A stretch of DNA of 45,172 nucleotides, taken from assembly GCF_001194135.2 (NCBI RefSeq), contig NC_068994.1, forward strand, positions 42,398,343 through 42,443,514, in the 5' to 3' direction. Under the pieces are notes generated by a model. It was not told where the DNA came from. It was given only the letters and a program-made list of their open reading frames with translations, and did not search any database. This document shows, piece by piece, positions 1 through 12,750 of this stretch. The stretch is from Octopus bimaculoides (taxonomy: Eukaryota). Each line of letters begins with the position of its first letter. The stretch's first letter is position 1. Position numbers and translations under genes: made by a program.

Positions 1-133
1 CAGCAGCACCACTCCGACACCAGCAGCACCACTCCGACACCAGCAGCACCACTCTGACACCAGCACCACCACTCCAACACCATCACCACCACTCCAACAC
101 CAGCACCACCACTCCGGCACCAGTAACACCACT
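1..133. repeat. 20-bp minisatellite (CAGCAGCACCACTCCGACAC), ~6.5 copies, cut by window start
   Basis: Unit recurs every 20 nt from base 1 with progressive substitutions. Confidence 0.95.
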
Positions 134-329
134 GCACTGCTGCTACTTCCACTACTACTGACACCAATATCCCCACCATTATGAGCCCAAAGGGTTAACA
201 GTTAGGAAACACCAGGTAACGTAGTCCTTTGACAAGAAAATGATGCAAAGAAAACAGCCAAGAGTTTAGAATAGTTCTGATCATTGGCCCACTCCATCAG
301 AACTGACACTTGGGAGCTAATCGAGAACT

Positions 330-558
330 ATACTACTGCTACTGCTACTGCTGCTGCTGCCAACAGCAGTCTTCATTCATTGTCGTAGTCATCATCATCA
401 TCATCATCATCACTGTCATCATCATCATCATCGTCATCATCATCATCTTTATTCTCATTATCATCATTTTTGTTGTCTTCACCATTGTCACTATCATCAT
501 AGTCATCATCATCATCATCATCATCTATCAGCATAAATTATCATCTCTATTGTCATAG

Positions 559-590
<32 letters not shown>
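330..590. repeat. Compound trinucleotide microsatellite (TAC/TGC then ATC)
   Basis: Direct inspection; explains the Ile/Cys-rich ORF 310-558. Confidence 0.9.
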
Positions 591-592
<2 letters not shown>

Positions 593-1818
593 CATTATAC
601 ACTAAGGGAGCTCTACGTGGTTTTCTTGACCTGCTAGGAATAGCAACCAAATGTCTCTAAAAAAAAATGTTCACTTTCATGACTTTCCCCCACCACCACC
701 ACCATCACCACCACCACCACCATCAAAAGAAACAAGAAAACAATGACATCAGGTAATGTTGTCGTAAATGTACAAAAATTTAAGCTGGTCAATCAAGGCT
801 GGAATGCTTTTGATCATGTACGTGCTCCATCTTGCTTGACTGATGTGGATGGCTAAGTAATAACAACAACAACACCTATAACAACATCTACTTTAATAAC
901 AACAACAACAACAGATACATCAGCAACTGCAAACAATGACAAGAAGAGGAACAATTTTTTTTTCTTATTTTTCTTTGTTGAAAAGATGATACAAGAAGGC
1001 ACACTAAGAAACACAACCTGGGAACATTAAAAAGAAAAAAAAAGGGGCCATCAAAATTAAACCTTAATCTTGTATTCTTATAGCATCATATTTCAATTTG
1101 TGTATCTTTTATTATTCAATAGCTGATGTCCTCTCACACCGCCTGGACATATCTTTATAATTAAATTATATTTTAAAGTTAATAAATGGGAGGGATGGCG
1201 AAAACGGAGAAAAAATGAAGCTTTTAATATCTAGCTTGTCTTTGATTTCTGGCAAAAACATTAGAGAAAAATAATGGTTTGTTTATTGTTTGTTTCTTAA
1301 GTGCACCAAAATATTCTCCTCTTTTTATCATGGGTGTTGTTGGTGTTGTTAATGTTATTATTATTATTATTTATTATCATCATCATCATCATCATCGTCA
1401 TCATTTTTATTTTTATTATTATGATTATTATTATTGTTGTTGTTGTTATACTTTTAATTTATACAAAACTATTAGCTTGATAGATTTGTGCTAATATCTG
1501 ACTATACATATCTGGAGAATGAAGAACAAAAAAAAAAAAAAATAGCAAAGCAAAATAGTAGTAGTAGTAGTAGTAGTAGTAGCGGGGGGGGGGTAATAAT
1601 GATTGCAATAGTAGTAGCAATAATGGCGAACCATTATCATCCATAGTAAATTTTCCTTGCTTTTATGTTCTTTTATACTAACAAAAACAAACAAACAAAC
1701 AAACAACAAAAATAAAAGAGAATCATTATGGATTGTAATTTATCAGAGCTCAACTTACACGCAGACAGACACAACACTTAGTTTTGCTTTTTTTTTCCTC
1801 TAGAATCTCACTTTCCAA

Positions 1819-1853
<35 letters not shown>

Positions 1854-2989
1854 GACATGCACATATACAAACATAAATACATACATATATATATATGTGT
1901 GTGTGTGTGTAGATGCACAAGCATGCATACATACAGACATATATTATACATGTATACACACACACACACACACACATACTGCCACACATGTACAGACACA
2001 AAACTAGGAGCCATTATGCAAGCAATAAAGATGCCACCTCACAAAATCTCTTTTACATGACAGTTTCAATCTGAAGATAGGCAGAGAGAATGCTTGGAAC
2101 ATTATTTATGTAAGATGATCACATTTACTGCAACTAAAACACATCACAGATGAAACTCAATTTCTGCCAAAATTATGTTTATTTTTATTTTAGTATATTT
2201 TATATAGATTTTCTTTTTGCTTGCTTGTTTGTTTGTTTGTTTGTTCTGTGATTTATATATATTGTTCTCTGTAACAGCAAGCAACATGTCCATTTTGACA
2301 ATTTTTTCCCCCTTTACTTATAGCCATTACTGTTATATCTCACTTCGATATTATTATTATTATTATTAACATCATCATCATCATCATTGCCGTCATCTTC
2401 TTTGTCGTTGCTGTCATTATTGTTGTTGTTATTATTATTATTATTATTATTAATCATTATTAAGAGAATTTGTGGAGGATATTTGGAAAAATATTAAAAG
2501 CAAATTCATTTATTTTCTCTCTTACTTCTAAACGTGACTAAACATTACTTCATCTGTGTATTTAAAGATGTTATTGGTTGCTGTTTTATTTTTAGTCTGT
2601 TTTGTTTGTTTTGTAATGTTTTTTTTTTATTTTTAGATATTTTGGTTGTTTTTTTTTTCTTCAGTTTGTTTTCCAACATATTTGTGATGTTCGGTTAATA
2701 AACAACAATCTCAGGCAACCTGGAATGCACACTCTTTGCATTCATGTGTGCTGTAAATGCAAATGCACTAAATAACTATATATATATATATATATATATT
2801 TATAGGCATATGTATGCATTTGCATAAGTGCATGTATGTGAATAAATACATACACACACACACATATATATATGCATACATATCTACCAACATACATATT
2901 TGCATATATATACATACATACCTATATTCACATGTATATACATATATACATATATATACACATTTATATATATACATTCATACATACTT

Positions 2990-3051
<62 letters not shown>

Positions 3052-3528
3052 TCATACATACATACATACATACATATATATATATCCATGCATGTATTTA
3101 CATACATATTTACATCATACATATATACAAAAATATTCTCATACATACATACATACACACACACAAATAGATAGATAGATAGATAGATAGATAGATGTGC
3201 ATCTTTATGCATGCAAAGAAAAATTTATAGCAGGACGGATGAAAAACTTAGTACGACATACAGATTGAAAATTACTGATAGTCATTACAGAATATTCCAG
3301 CACCATTTTTCAGTCATGCAGCTAATTGTTTTAATAGCCTTCTCCTATACTTATTAACCCTTTTGATACAAGAAACTGTCTTCACAATGCCTCAGCTTCT
3401 GTTTTTTTTTTTTTTATATTATCTCTGTACAATGACTTCCCTAAAAGTATTCATTCCAAAATTCAAACATTTCATTAAAATTTTATGACAGAACTATTAG
3501 TTGTGTTTCATTTACCAGTTTCATATTC

Positions 3529-3789
3529 NNNNNNNNNNNNNNNNNNNNNNNNNNNNNNNNNNNNNNNNNNNNNNNNNNNNNNNNNNNNNNNNNNNNNNNN
3601 NNNNNNNNNNNNNNNNNNNNNNNNNNNNNNNNNNNNNNNNNNNNNNNNNNNNNNNNNNNNNNNNNNNNNNNNNNNNNNNNNNNNNNNNNNNNNNNNNNNN
3701 NNNNNNNNNNNNNNNNNNNNNNNNNNNNNNNNNNNNNNNNNNNNNNNNNNNNNNNNNNNNNNNNNNNNNNNNNNNNNNNNNNNNNNNNN
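3529..3789. other. Assembly gap with an identical 53-bp sequence on both sides (3476-3528 = 3790-3842). Other gaps: 10561-10943, 18013-18022, 18532-18637, 28839-28848, 31669-31714, 37108-37546, 38557-38867, 39787-39862
   Basis: N runs; duplicated flanks are typical of unmerged contig overlaps. Confidence 0.9.
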
Positions 3790-4091
3790 TAAAATTTTAT
3801 GACAGAACTATTAGTTGTGTTTCATTTACCAGTTTCATATTCAAAATAAGGGAAAAAATTTTTTAAGTATCTTCAAATTCTTGATTATTTACAAAATTAA
3901 TTTATGCAGGTGAACAGCAGTATTTATTTTAAATTTACATTCATAGAAATGTTGATGTGGCTTATGAATTTATGATTAATAGGGCTGCAAGTTATTTCTT
4001 AATTTCTAAAACAACAATAAACTTAACTTCATTCCAGACATTGCTACACGAATAATTTTAACTTAGATGTTCATATTTGATAATATATATA

Positions 4092-4283
4092 TAGGGAGAA
4101 TTCACAAAAAAACAAAAGATGAAGACAGGTGGTGTAGACAACAAACAGATGTATTAGTATAACGCTCAGGAAGTGAAAAAGTCTTTAACGTTACAAGCCT
4201 ACACTCTTCCACAGAAAGGAACACAGAAAGAAACAAGGAGAGAAGAAAAGAATGTGTTGTGGCTAGCGATCTATCATGGCGAA
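4092..4283 (-). mobile_element. Penelope-like terminal-repeat relic / non-autonomous element embedded in (TA)n
   Basis: ~190-bp non-microsatellite block with TA runs on both sides, carrying a degenerate hammerhead-shaped motif; same architecture as 12751-12958 and 44645-44832. Confidence 0.5.
4183..4218 (-). ncRNA. Degenerate minimal hammerhead-ribozyme motif
   Basis: Minus strand CTTT-CTGTGGA-A-GAGT-GTAG-GCTT-GTAA-CG-TT-AAAG. Stem I (CTTT/AAAG), stem II and spacing are conserved, but both core boxes are mutated relative to CUGANGA/GAAA. Confidence 0.35.
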
Positions 4284-4547
4284 TGTATATATATATATAT
4301 TTATATATTTACAATACAATTTTACATAGGGTACAAAAAATACAGAAAACTAATGGGTAAGGGCATGGCACTTCAGGTCCAACAGCTGAATCTGGGGGCT
4401 CATAATTGTGTAATAGTTGGCAGAAGGAATGTGCAAAAAAGTCAAGGATATTCAACAATTAGTGGATACATATAAGCATTATCGTAAAACCAGCCTCCAT
4501 CTTCATGGTGGAAAGATTGACATCTAGCAATATGTATGTATGTATGT

Positions 4548-5080
4548 CATTATTTAGTTTCCTTAGTTTCTCACCAATAGAGAAAGAGTTGGTTTCTAAC
4601 CTAGATCCAAGGCTCCTTTATTGGAATTTCAACATCAACAGAGTATTATTGTTTGTTTGTATGTATATGTGCAGATTTGTATGTTTTGTTTTATGTAGGT
4701 TTTCTCATGCATATAATTTGTATGTAGACATGCTCATATATATTTAAATAATAAACTTCAGATAAATTTTACAGACTATTACAATTCTAGTGATGGCTTG
4801 GATCTGTAGTCTTCAAGTTAGCTTTCTCCTCTCTGGTTTTGAGAAGCCTAATTTCTCTAGATTGGTATTTAGGCAGTTTGATACATATCCCAGTCTCTCA
4901 ATAATTACAGGTATAAAACTGAACTTGTAATCTGGATAGAGTAACTGCAGATTTCTCAATAGTTCAGCATAGGTATTCTCTTTTTTGATGATTGTTAGCT
5001 TTATGTTAATATCCACTGGGTGGCTAATTTTCAGAAGTGTATATAGTTTTTCCTCTCTCTTCCAAATTACTATGCCAAGT
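4548..5080 (-). mobile_element. 5'-truncated non-LTR retrotransposon: C-terminal restriction-like endonuclease (RLE) domain plus 3' UTR (R4/Dong/R2/NeSL-type clade not resolved)
   Basis: Minus-strand translation IVIWKREEKLYTLLKISHPVDINIKLTIIKKENTYAELLRNLQLLYPDYKFSFIPVIIERLGYV...*RLQIQAITRIVIVCKIYLKFII* (stop 4744-4746). This fits the RLE pattern (PD)IVI..E(I)xCP.D.N...K..KY..L....F.PV.IG.LG with degenerated catalytic residues and one in-frame stop. Confidence 0.8.
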
Positions 5081-6149
5081 TATGTATGTATGTATGTATG
5101 CATGCATGCATGCATGTATGTATGTATGTATGTAAGGTTGTGAGTCTGCCAATAGCAAACATAATATATTATAAATACAACTATTTTCAAGTTCAATTTT
5201 TTTTTATAATCCTTTCTATCGAGTTCACTATGCATTTTCAGTAAGGAGCCATTGCAACTGATTATTATGCCATACCCAAAATAAAGTTGGACAACAAAAT
5301 ACTAATTGACAGTACTACAATTATGCAAAGAACTCCACACAAAAAAATAAAAATAAAAATGAGAAGAATAACTACAGAAGCTTTACTACTTTGCTAACAG
5401 AAAAAAAAAAAACTATATTAAACATACAAATACATCACTCATAAAAAAACATATCTGGATATCAGGATATGAAATAAACCAGAATTTGTCATTATATAAT
5501 TTTCAATTCCAGCATTGTTGATTTTATCAGATTTAAAATTATTCCCAAAACCTGTTATGGCTTACTACACCATTGCAACAATAAATTTTTGATAATGAGA
5601 TTGTGAAAGACTTAAAGTGTCTGCAAAATGTCTGGCTAATATTTAGGAACACGATTGTCTCAAAACTAAACACATAAAGGACTAATATAAAAATATGAAA
5701 GTTCCTTCATAAAAAATGTCAAATTTGAGTATAATCATGGTTTTAACATGAACATGACATACACACTCACACACACACGAACAAATATGTATGCACACAT
5801 GTATGTGTATACATTACATGTATGTATGTAGGTATGTATGTATGTATTGATGGCTGGATGCATGAATGTATGTATGAATGTATGTATAACCTTTATCTTC
5901 TTTTCTCTTCTACTTATTTCAGTTTTTGGACAGTGGTTTGTGACAATGCTGAAGCACCATAAAAGATTTCTGTATTATTTAATACATTGCATTTAATTGG
6001 ACTCTTGATGAATTTACTAATATTATTGCCAGGAATAGAGTAGAAACGAAATTCATTGAAATAGCTTTCAGTTAAATTTTTATGGTGGTCTTTTGAGTTT
6101 GAGAAAAATGCTTCTGCAATTTCTTGCTACATTTCCTACATAGATAATT

Positions 6150-6385
6150 TGTTTACAGTGATCAAATATTTGTGCTGCATAAGCTCACTCCATCCATCAA
6201 ATTAACACTGCCTGTACACTATGTGTGGTGTACCTAATGTTGGAGGATGAAGAGATTGCAGAACAACATGAGATGGAGTGTTTTGCACAAGAACACAATG
6301 CTCAACCTGGTCTAGGATTCAAAACCACAGCCTTGTGATTGAGAAGGCAACAACGTAATCCACCAGGCCAAGTATCCTTACAGCT
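6150..6385 (-). mobile_element. Degenerate tRNA-derived SINE (family D-like)
   Basis: Reverse complement resembles 9786-10125 (GTGTTCTTGTGCAAAACACT motif, tRNA-like head). Confidence 0.45.
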
Positions 6386-6744
6386 TTCAGTTGTACAACA
6401 GTGTTGATAATTATGCTTCAAAATGATACGAGTTGTTCTGAAGGTGATTATAATGTAGGTTTAAGAAGTAGGGGTAAGTTTCATCCACAGAGAGTTTGTT
6501 TGCTAAATGCAAAAGGTTAATTGAAAGAAGCTTGAATAAGAAATATGAGGTTACAGACTAGAGACATGAGTACTGAGTGCAGAAAGTCTGCAGTTGTTGG
6601 AAAGAAACAAATGTGTGTGTGCTTCATTGGATTCAAAATCAAATTTGCATGAACTGTAAAGCATAAGTGAGATTAGAATGCAGTCAGATAACACAGATGT
6701 TGACTAATGTGTGCAGAATAACATGTTTACTGGTTAGGATATAA

Positions 6745-6799
<55 letters not shown>

Positions 6800-7108
6800 A
6801 CGTACAGAGAAAACCTGATGGTGGAACAAGGTGTGATGTGCAGCAGGGGTAAAACAATGGAAAGAAGAAAAGATATTGGAAAGTGGTAGAGGAGTCTGAG
6901 ACGTGTGAATATCAAAGAAAGAATGGCAATGTACCTTATTATAATGTGATCCAGTACCATCACTGAGAAACGAATCTTAAAATCGATGGTGATGATGAGG
7001 AGGAGAACGGTGATGGTAGCAGTGATGGTGGAGTTGGTGATGAGGATGATGATGATGATGATAATGGTGACTAGAATATTTCCTAAATTTTCTACTTGCA
7101 ATATATTG

Positions 7109-7316
7109 GTTTCAAATTTTGGCATAAGGCCAGCAAGTTCAGGAGAGGGAATATGTCAGTTACATAGACCCCAGTGCTCAGCTGGTACTTAATTGACCCC
7201 AATGGGATGAAGGGCAAAATTGAACTCAGTGGAATTTGAATTCAGAATATAAGGACAGACAAAATGCCACTACGCATCTTGCCCAGCATGCAAACGATTC
7301 TATCAGCTTGCTGCCT
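7109..7316 (-). mobile_element. tRNA-derived SINE family B (central GCCTTTCATCCTTTCGGGGTCGATAAA-type domain)
   Basis: Clear homology to copies at 14745, 21085, 27460, 28270, 29578, 33565 and 41921. Confidence 0.85.
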
Positions 7317-7693
7317 TAGCTATTAGGAATATATTAGTTTCTCATTACATGCTACACGTAAAAGTTTTGCTCCTATATTTAATCTGGTCCCTGTCAAGCC
7401 AGCCCCACCACTAATCTTCTTAACTCCCAACCCTCCATCTCCTTACAATGGCACTCTTCAGCTTCCATAATCACACGACAGCAGAATCTGCACTTATTTC
7501 TCCTCATCTGAACATCTAGTTATCTCCCCCTCTCCTTTGAACTAATTCCATTGATATCCATCTCTCAGTTTCAATATCATCTCATTGCATTTTATTGTTA
7601 ACTGATTGCACCTTTCTCTGTCTCCTAGTATCTCTCTCTCTCTCTTTCTCTGTTTGTCTGTTTCTCACATGTTCTCTTTCTCTCACTCGCTCT

Positions 7694-7726
<33 letters not shown>

Positions 7727-8995
7727 CTCGGAGACACATCTAAGAACTGCTGTACCTCATTTTTAACATTTTTTCAAGTCTACCAATGATGCTACCACTA
7801 CCTTTGTCCCCATTCTCTACAACCAGCACTACATACCTCAAACATCAGTCTCTGTGCCTGTACATCACTCTTCCATGCCACACATCTATCTATTTTCTGA
7901 TCAACCTACAGATTTTCCGATTTTCTGATTATTATGTAATGTTTTACACAGAATATCAGTCAACAAATCATGTACCTCTGACCTTCATCTTTTTATCTAT
8001 ACATCTCTATATCTCTCTCGCTCTCTCTCTCCACTTTCTCACCTAGCACACCATCTTCTTATTTTCTGATTTAGCTATAGGTTCATTATACTGCTGCTCT
8101 CCACCACTCTTTTTTATTGCCACTTTCAACTTCCTCCTATATAATGTGAAATTGTTACATACTTCCTCTATAGCAAAACACCTGTGCCTGTCCCTCTATC
8201 ATAAAGCCACCTCTCTCTCTCTCTCTCTCTCTTCTACAACCCCACTCAGCAAAGAGAGAGAGAGAGAGAGAGCTCTTTCTTTTGTCTTGCAAGTTATTTG
8301 GTAACCTTGTTAGTGTGAGTGTCACAGAAAAAGGACCCAGTACATTGTAAAGTAGTCAGGGTTATGAAGGGCATCTTGGCTGTAGAAACCAAAGCAGGCA
8401 AAGGAACTCGGTGAAGACCTTCATCTTGATGGACCTGTGGTGGGTGTAATTGATTTATCTCCTCCTACAAAATTGCTGGCCTTGTGACAAACTTTGAAAC
8501 CAATAATCTAATCCACTTTATTTTAGAATTGTGTGCATAGTTTCATGGCGCCTGTTATATTCAACAAATACTATCATAATCATCATCTGAATCATTGACG
8601 AAATTTTATTAAAATTATCTTGAAAGATCAGTGTATATTCCTGCATTAACAAATTTGTTTAGAAATTAAACTCATCTGAAATATTATATCTATTATTGGT
8701 AGAAGAAGAGAAATATTCATATTATATTAGAGTCTATAGTGAAAGACACACTTTGTTGGAAAGTATTCTGCAATCCAGAATATGTGTATGTCTAGTCAGA
8801 AAGCTGCATCCTAATTACTAAACTTTCATTAATGAGCTGTTCTGGTAATTAACTTTAAATTTGGTAAAGTAGTGGGCAAATTGCTTCAATGTAAATTATT
8901 GCAAATCATTTTGGTTCATTATAGTGATGTTTGGAAGTAAAAGGATAAATCTTTATTTGAATAATTAGAAGCCGCTGCGGCTGCAGTTGTTGCTG

Positions 8996-9312
8996 TTGGT
9001 AATGATGATAATGATAACGATGATGATGATGATGATGATGCTGAGGAGGAGGAGATGGAGGAAGAGGGGGATTTTCATGATGACAGTGATGAGCACAATG
9101 ATGACAATGATGATAATGATCATTGTCATCATTATCATCGTCGTCATCGTTGTTGTCGTCATCACTGTTGCCAATGTCATTATAATCACAACCATTGGTT
9201 ACAGCAACAGCAGTGTCATTATCAACATCATCATCATCATCAGTAGCAGCCACATTCTCATCATCATCATCATCATCATCACCATCAAGATCATCATTAT
9301 TGTCATTACAGT
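8996..9312. repeat. (GAT)n tract followed directly by (ATC)n tract
   Basis: Direct inspection; explains the poly-D/H/I/M ORFs 8906-9349. Confidence 0.9.
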
Positions 9313-9785
9313 CACTGATTAATTGATAAACTTTTGCAGCCACTGTCAATCTTTACATGTTCAAGATTATCATTACAGTATCCTTACTGGCACCCTGGCC
9401 AGCTTCTGCTAATACTACTGTCCTCATTTCATAATAATCATCATCATCACCATCGTTGTCGTCGTCGTCGTCATCATCGTCATCGTTGTTGTTGCCGTCG
9501 TTGTCATAGTCATCACCACCACCAACATCAGTCCCTAGAAAAAGGATGTTAGCTTCTATGACACATTTTGTACGACAGGCACAGCATCAATTACCTGGAA
9601 ATTATAGTTTCAAAGCTTTTCCAGATTACCCATTTTTCTCAGCCAAGAGTGGTCTCCTTGGTCAACATGCTCTAAATTACACAAACATCAAATTCACAGA
9701 TACCTGTTCATTAGCTAAAAATCAGTGCAGATTACAAGAGTTTCCAAACCATCAACATCTGAAAAATTTTTGTGTCGTACCTTAC

Positions 9786-10125
9786 CTTGGCTCAGTGGTT
9801 AGAGCATTGGGCTCACAATCACAAGGTAGTGAGTGTGATTCCCAGATCAGGATGTGTGTTGTGCTCTTGAGCAAGACACTTTATTTCACATTTCTCCAGT
9901 TCACTTAGCTGTAGAAATGAGTTGCGACATCACTAGTGCCAAGATATATCGACCTTTGCCTTTCCTTTGGATAACATCAGTGGCATGGAGAGAGGCAAGG
10001 CTGGTATGCATGGGAGACTGCTGGACTTCCATAAACCACCTTGCCCGAATTTGCACCTCAGAGGGGAACTTTCTAGATACAATCCCATGGTCATTCATGT
10101 CCGAAGGGGTTCTTTACTCTTTACC
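9786..10125 (+). mobile_element. tRNA-derived SINE family D, near full length
   Basis: A box TGGCTCAGTGG (9788-9798), degenerate B box GAGTGTGATTCC, CTTGAGCAAGACACTT motif; related copies near 23180-23330 and 25855-26100. Confidence 0.8.
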
Positions 10126-10447
10126 ATATCATGAATTTGTTTATTATCTTTGGATAATTCTATGTGTAGAATCACAGTTAGTCTTGTATACATCTTAAGG
10201 ATGGAATTCTGTTATTATTGTAATGATAGTGTAAGCAATGTCATTAAACAATATCCACAAATTATGCTATGTTCTTCACCGGATATGAAGTAACAAATTT
10301 TGTACAAGAGACATTTTTAATCATACCATTATGTGATTTATTTAAGTTGTGTGTAACTAATGAAGAATGTCTATGTATTTGGTTTCATTAAAATTAAAAT
10401 ATATTAAAAGTAAAGATAAGAATCATAAATATATATATGTGTGAGCA

Positions 10448-10459
<12 letters not shown>

Positions 10460-10488
<29 letters not shown>

Positions 10489-11170
10489 GTAGGTATATAT
10501 GTATATATATATGTAGGTATATATGTATATATATATGTAGGTATATATGTATATATATATNNNNNNNNNNNNNNNNNNNNNNNNNNNNNNNNNNNNNNNN
10601 NNNNNNNNNNNNNNNNNNNNNNNNNNNNNNNNNNNNNNNNNNNNNNNNNNNNNNNNNNNNNNNNNNNNNNNNNNNNNNNNNNNNNNNNNNNNNNNNNNNN
10701 NNNNNNNNNNNNNNNNNNNNNNNNNNNNNNNNNNNNNNNNNNNNNNNNNNNNNNNNNNNNNNNNNNNNNNNNNNNNNNNNNNNNNNNNNNNNNNNNNNNN
10801 NNNNNNNNNNNNNNNNNNNNNNNNNNNNNNNNNNNNNNNNNNNNNNNNNNNNNNNNNNNNNNNNNNNNNNNNNNNNNNNNNNNNNNNNNNNNNNNNNNNN
10901 NNNNNNNNNNNNNNNNNNNNNNNNNNNNNNNNNNNNNNNNNNNTATATATATATATATATATATATATGTAGGTATATATGTGTATATATATATGTAGGT
11001 ATATATATATATGTAGGTATATATGTGTATATATATATGTAGGTATATATGTGTATATATATATGTAGGTATATATGTGTATATATATATGTAGGTATAT
11101 ATGTGTATGTATATATGTAGGTATATATGTGTATGTATATATGTAGGTATATATATATATATATATATAT
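10460..11170. repeat. (TA)n-based minisatellite with recurring GTAGGT spacer (~22-24 bp period), spanning a gap
   Basis: ATATATGTAGGTATATATGT(G/A)T repeated on both sides of the N run. Confidence 0.9.
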
Positions 11171-11554
11171 ACATACACACACACACAGAAGAGATGCACA
11201 CAACATTTTGGCAGATTGATTCAAGGAGCCTTTGCTTGATGTTCAATGTAACGCCTCTTAAACCTGTTGCATGTCATTTTATCTCAAGAAGATTACTTCC
11301 AACATGACATTTCTGTCTTTGGCTTATTCCAGTACCAAGGTCATGCCCCCACCTGACTCTTTTGTGAACAATAATTGATTTTTTTTCCCTTTTGGGGATG
11401 TTATCTCCAACTAGAATTATCAACTGATTCATTTTTCTAATTCCTTCCTTTCTTCTTTCAGTCGACCCCCCCCATCCCACATGGATGCATATGTACTCAC
11501 ACTACTCAACTCAGCTACTCATCTACTCATGCATACATACTGGTGTGTCCAAGC

Positions 11555-11597
<43 letters not shown>

Positions 11598-11708
11598 CAT
11601 GTGTGTGTATTTATATGTATGTATAGACATATATACACACATATATATATATACACACATACATATGGATATATATGTATATATATATATCCATATATAT
11701 ATACATAC

Positions 11709-11777
<69 letters not shown>

Positions 11778-11861
11778 TGTGTAAATATACCAGAATAAGC
11801 ACATAAATGTGAAGCAAGATGGAATAAAATGGTACTCAAATACCGGGGGTAGAGTAAAATG

Positions 11862-12004
11862 CTTTATCAAAAAGCAGCAAAAATATCACAAAAACCTTTA
11901 CTCAGAGTTTCATGTTCCTGTTTGTCAGAAAGATTGTCCGATGAACAGGAACATGAAACTCTGAGTAACAGTTTTTGTAATATTTTTGCTGCTTTTTAAT
12001 AAAG
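11862..12004. other. Near-perfect inverted repeat (61-bp arms, 57/61 Watson-Crick pairs, 21-nt spacer)
   Basis: 11862-11922 is the reverse complement of 11944-12004; mismatches at 11868, 11887, 11896 and 11897. Confidence 0.9.
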
Positions 12005-12750
12005 TATATATAAGTGTGTGTGTGTGTGTATACACTACTCTACTCATGCAAACATATTGCTGTGCTCCACCACTGTGCTTACAACGTTCATAGTACTGTG
12101 CACACACGTGTGTGTACTGCTGTGTTCAAACATGCAGCATGCAGGCCAATACCTGTCTGCCACTGTTTACTCCCCTCCTTCCATCAATTCCCTACCTGAC
12201 CAACATTTTGCTTCCTATCCATCTCCATTCTACGCAGAAATCTCTTCCACACAGAAATCACAAGCCTTCTAACAATTCCCAGCATCCATTACCATAATAT
12301 TCTTGAGCAACATGCAGACATGTTTTCGATTTTCGTTTTTTTTTTTTCATTTAATTTCACTCCTCCCTATCTTGAGACAGAGTGACAACCCAAAGTACTG
12401 ATAACTTTCCCCCTTTACCATGTGACTTACATGCACAGACTTGACTTTATTGTTAAAATATCTGTCATCTCATTTGATTTACTTTTGCTGAGAGAGACCT
12501 AAAACAGATTCCCACATTCTGAATTTCATACAGATAATTTATTATCTACAAAAACACGGATTATTTATGAGTATTATATTTACTATATTAATTTCCAGCC
12601 TTCTCTCAATACATAGACATACATATATATATGTGTGTATGCGCATCTGTATGTATCTATACATTTATATACATATATATGTGTATGCATACATGTATAC
12701 ATGTATATGTGTGTGTATATAAATATATATATATATATACATATATATAT

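Noticed and set aside
1-133. Regular short direct repeats as a CRISPR array
   Set aside because: No spacers between units, eukaryotic context, no cas genes.
3476-3842. 53-bp direct repeat (also 35 bp at 17978/18023 and ~55 bp around 38557-38867)
   Set aside because: Identical sequence on both sides of N gaps is the signature of unmerged contig overlaps, not biological LTRs or TSDs.
9546-9908. 120-aa ORF
   Set aside because: No recognisable domain, and its 3' third reads into a family D SINE.
10394-11246. Long YI/HT-repeat ORFs here and at 2768-3212, 18493-19081, 31530-31951, 36977-37733, 38400-38995 and 39539-40152
   Set aside because: Translations of (TA)n/(CA)n microsatellites and N gaps.
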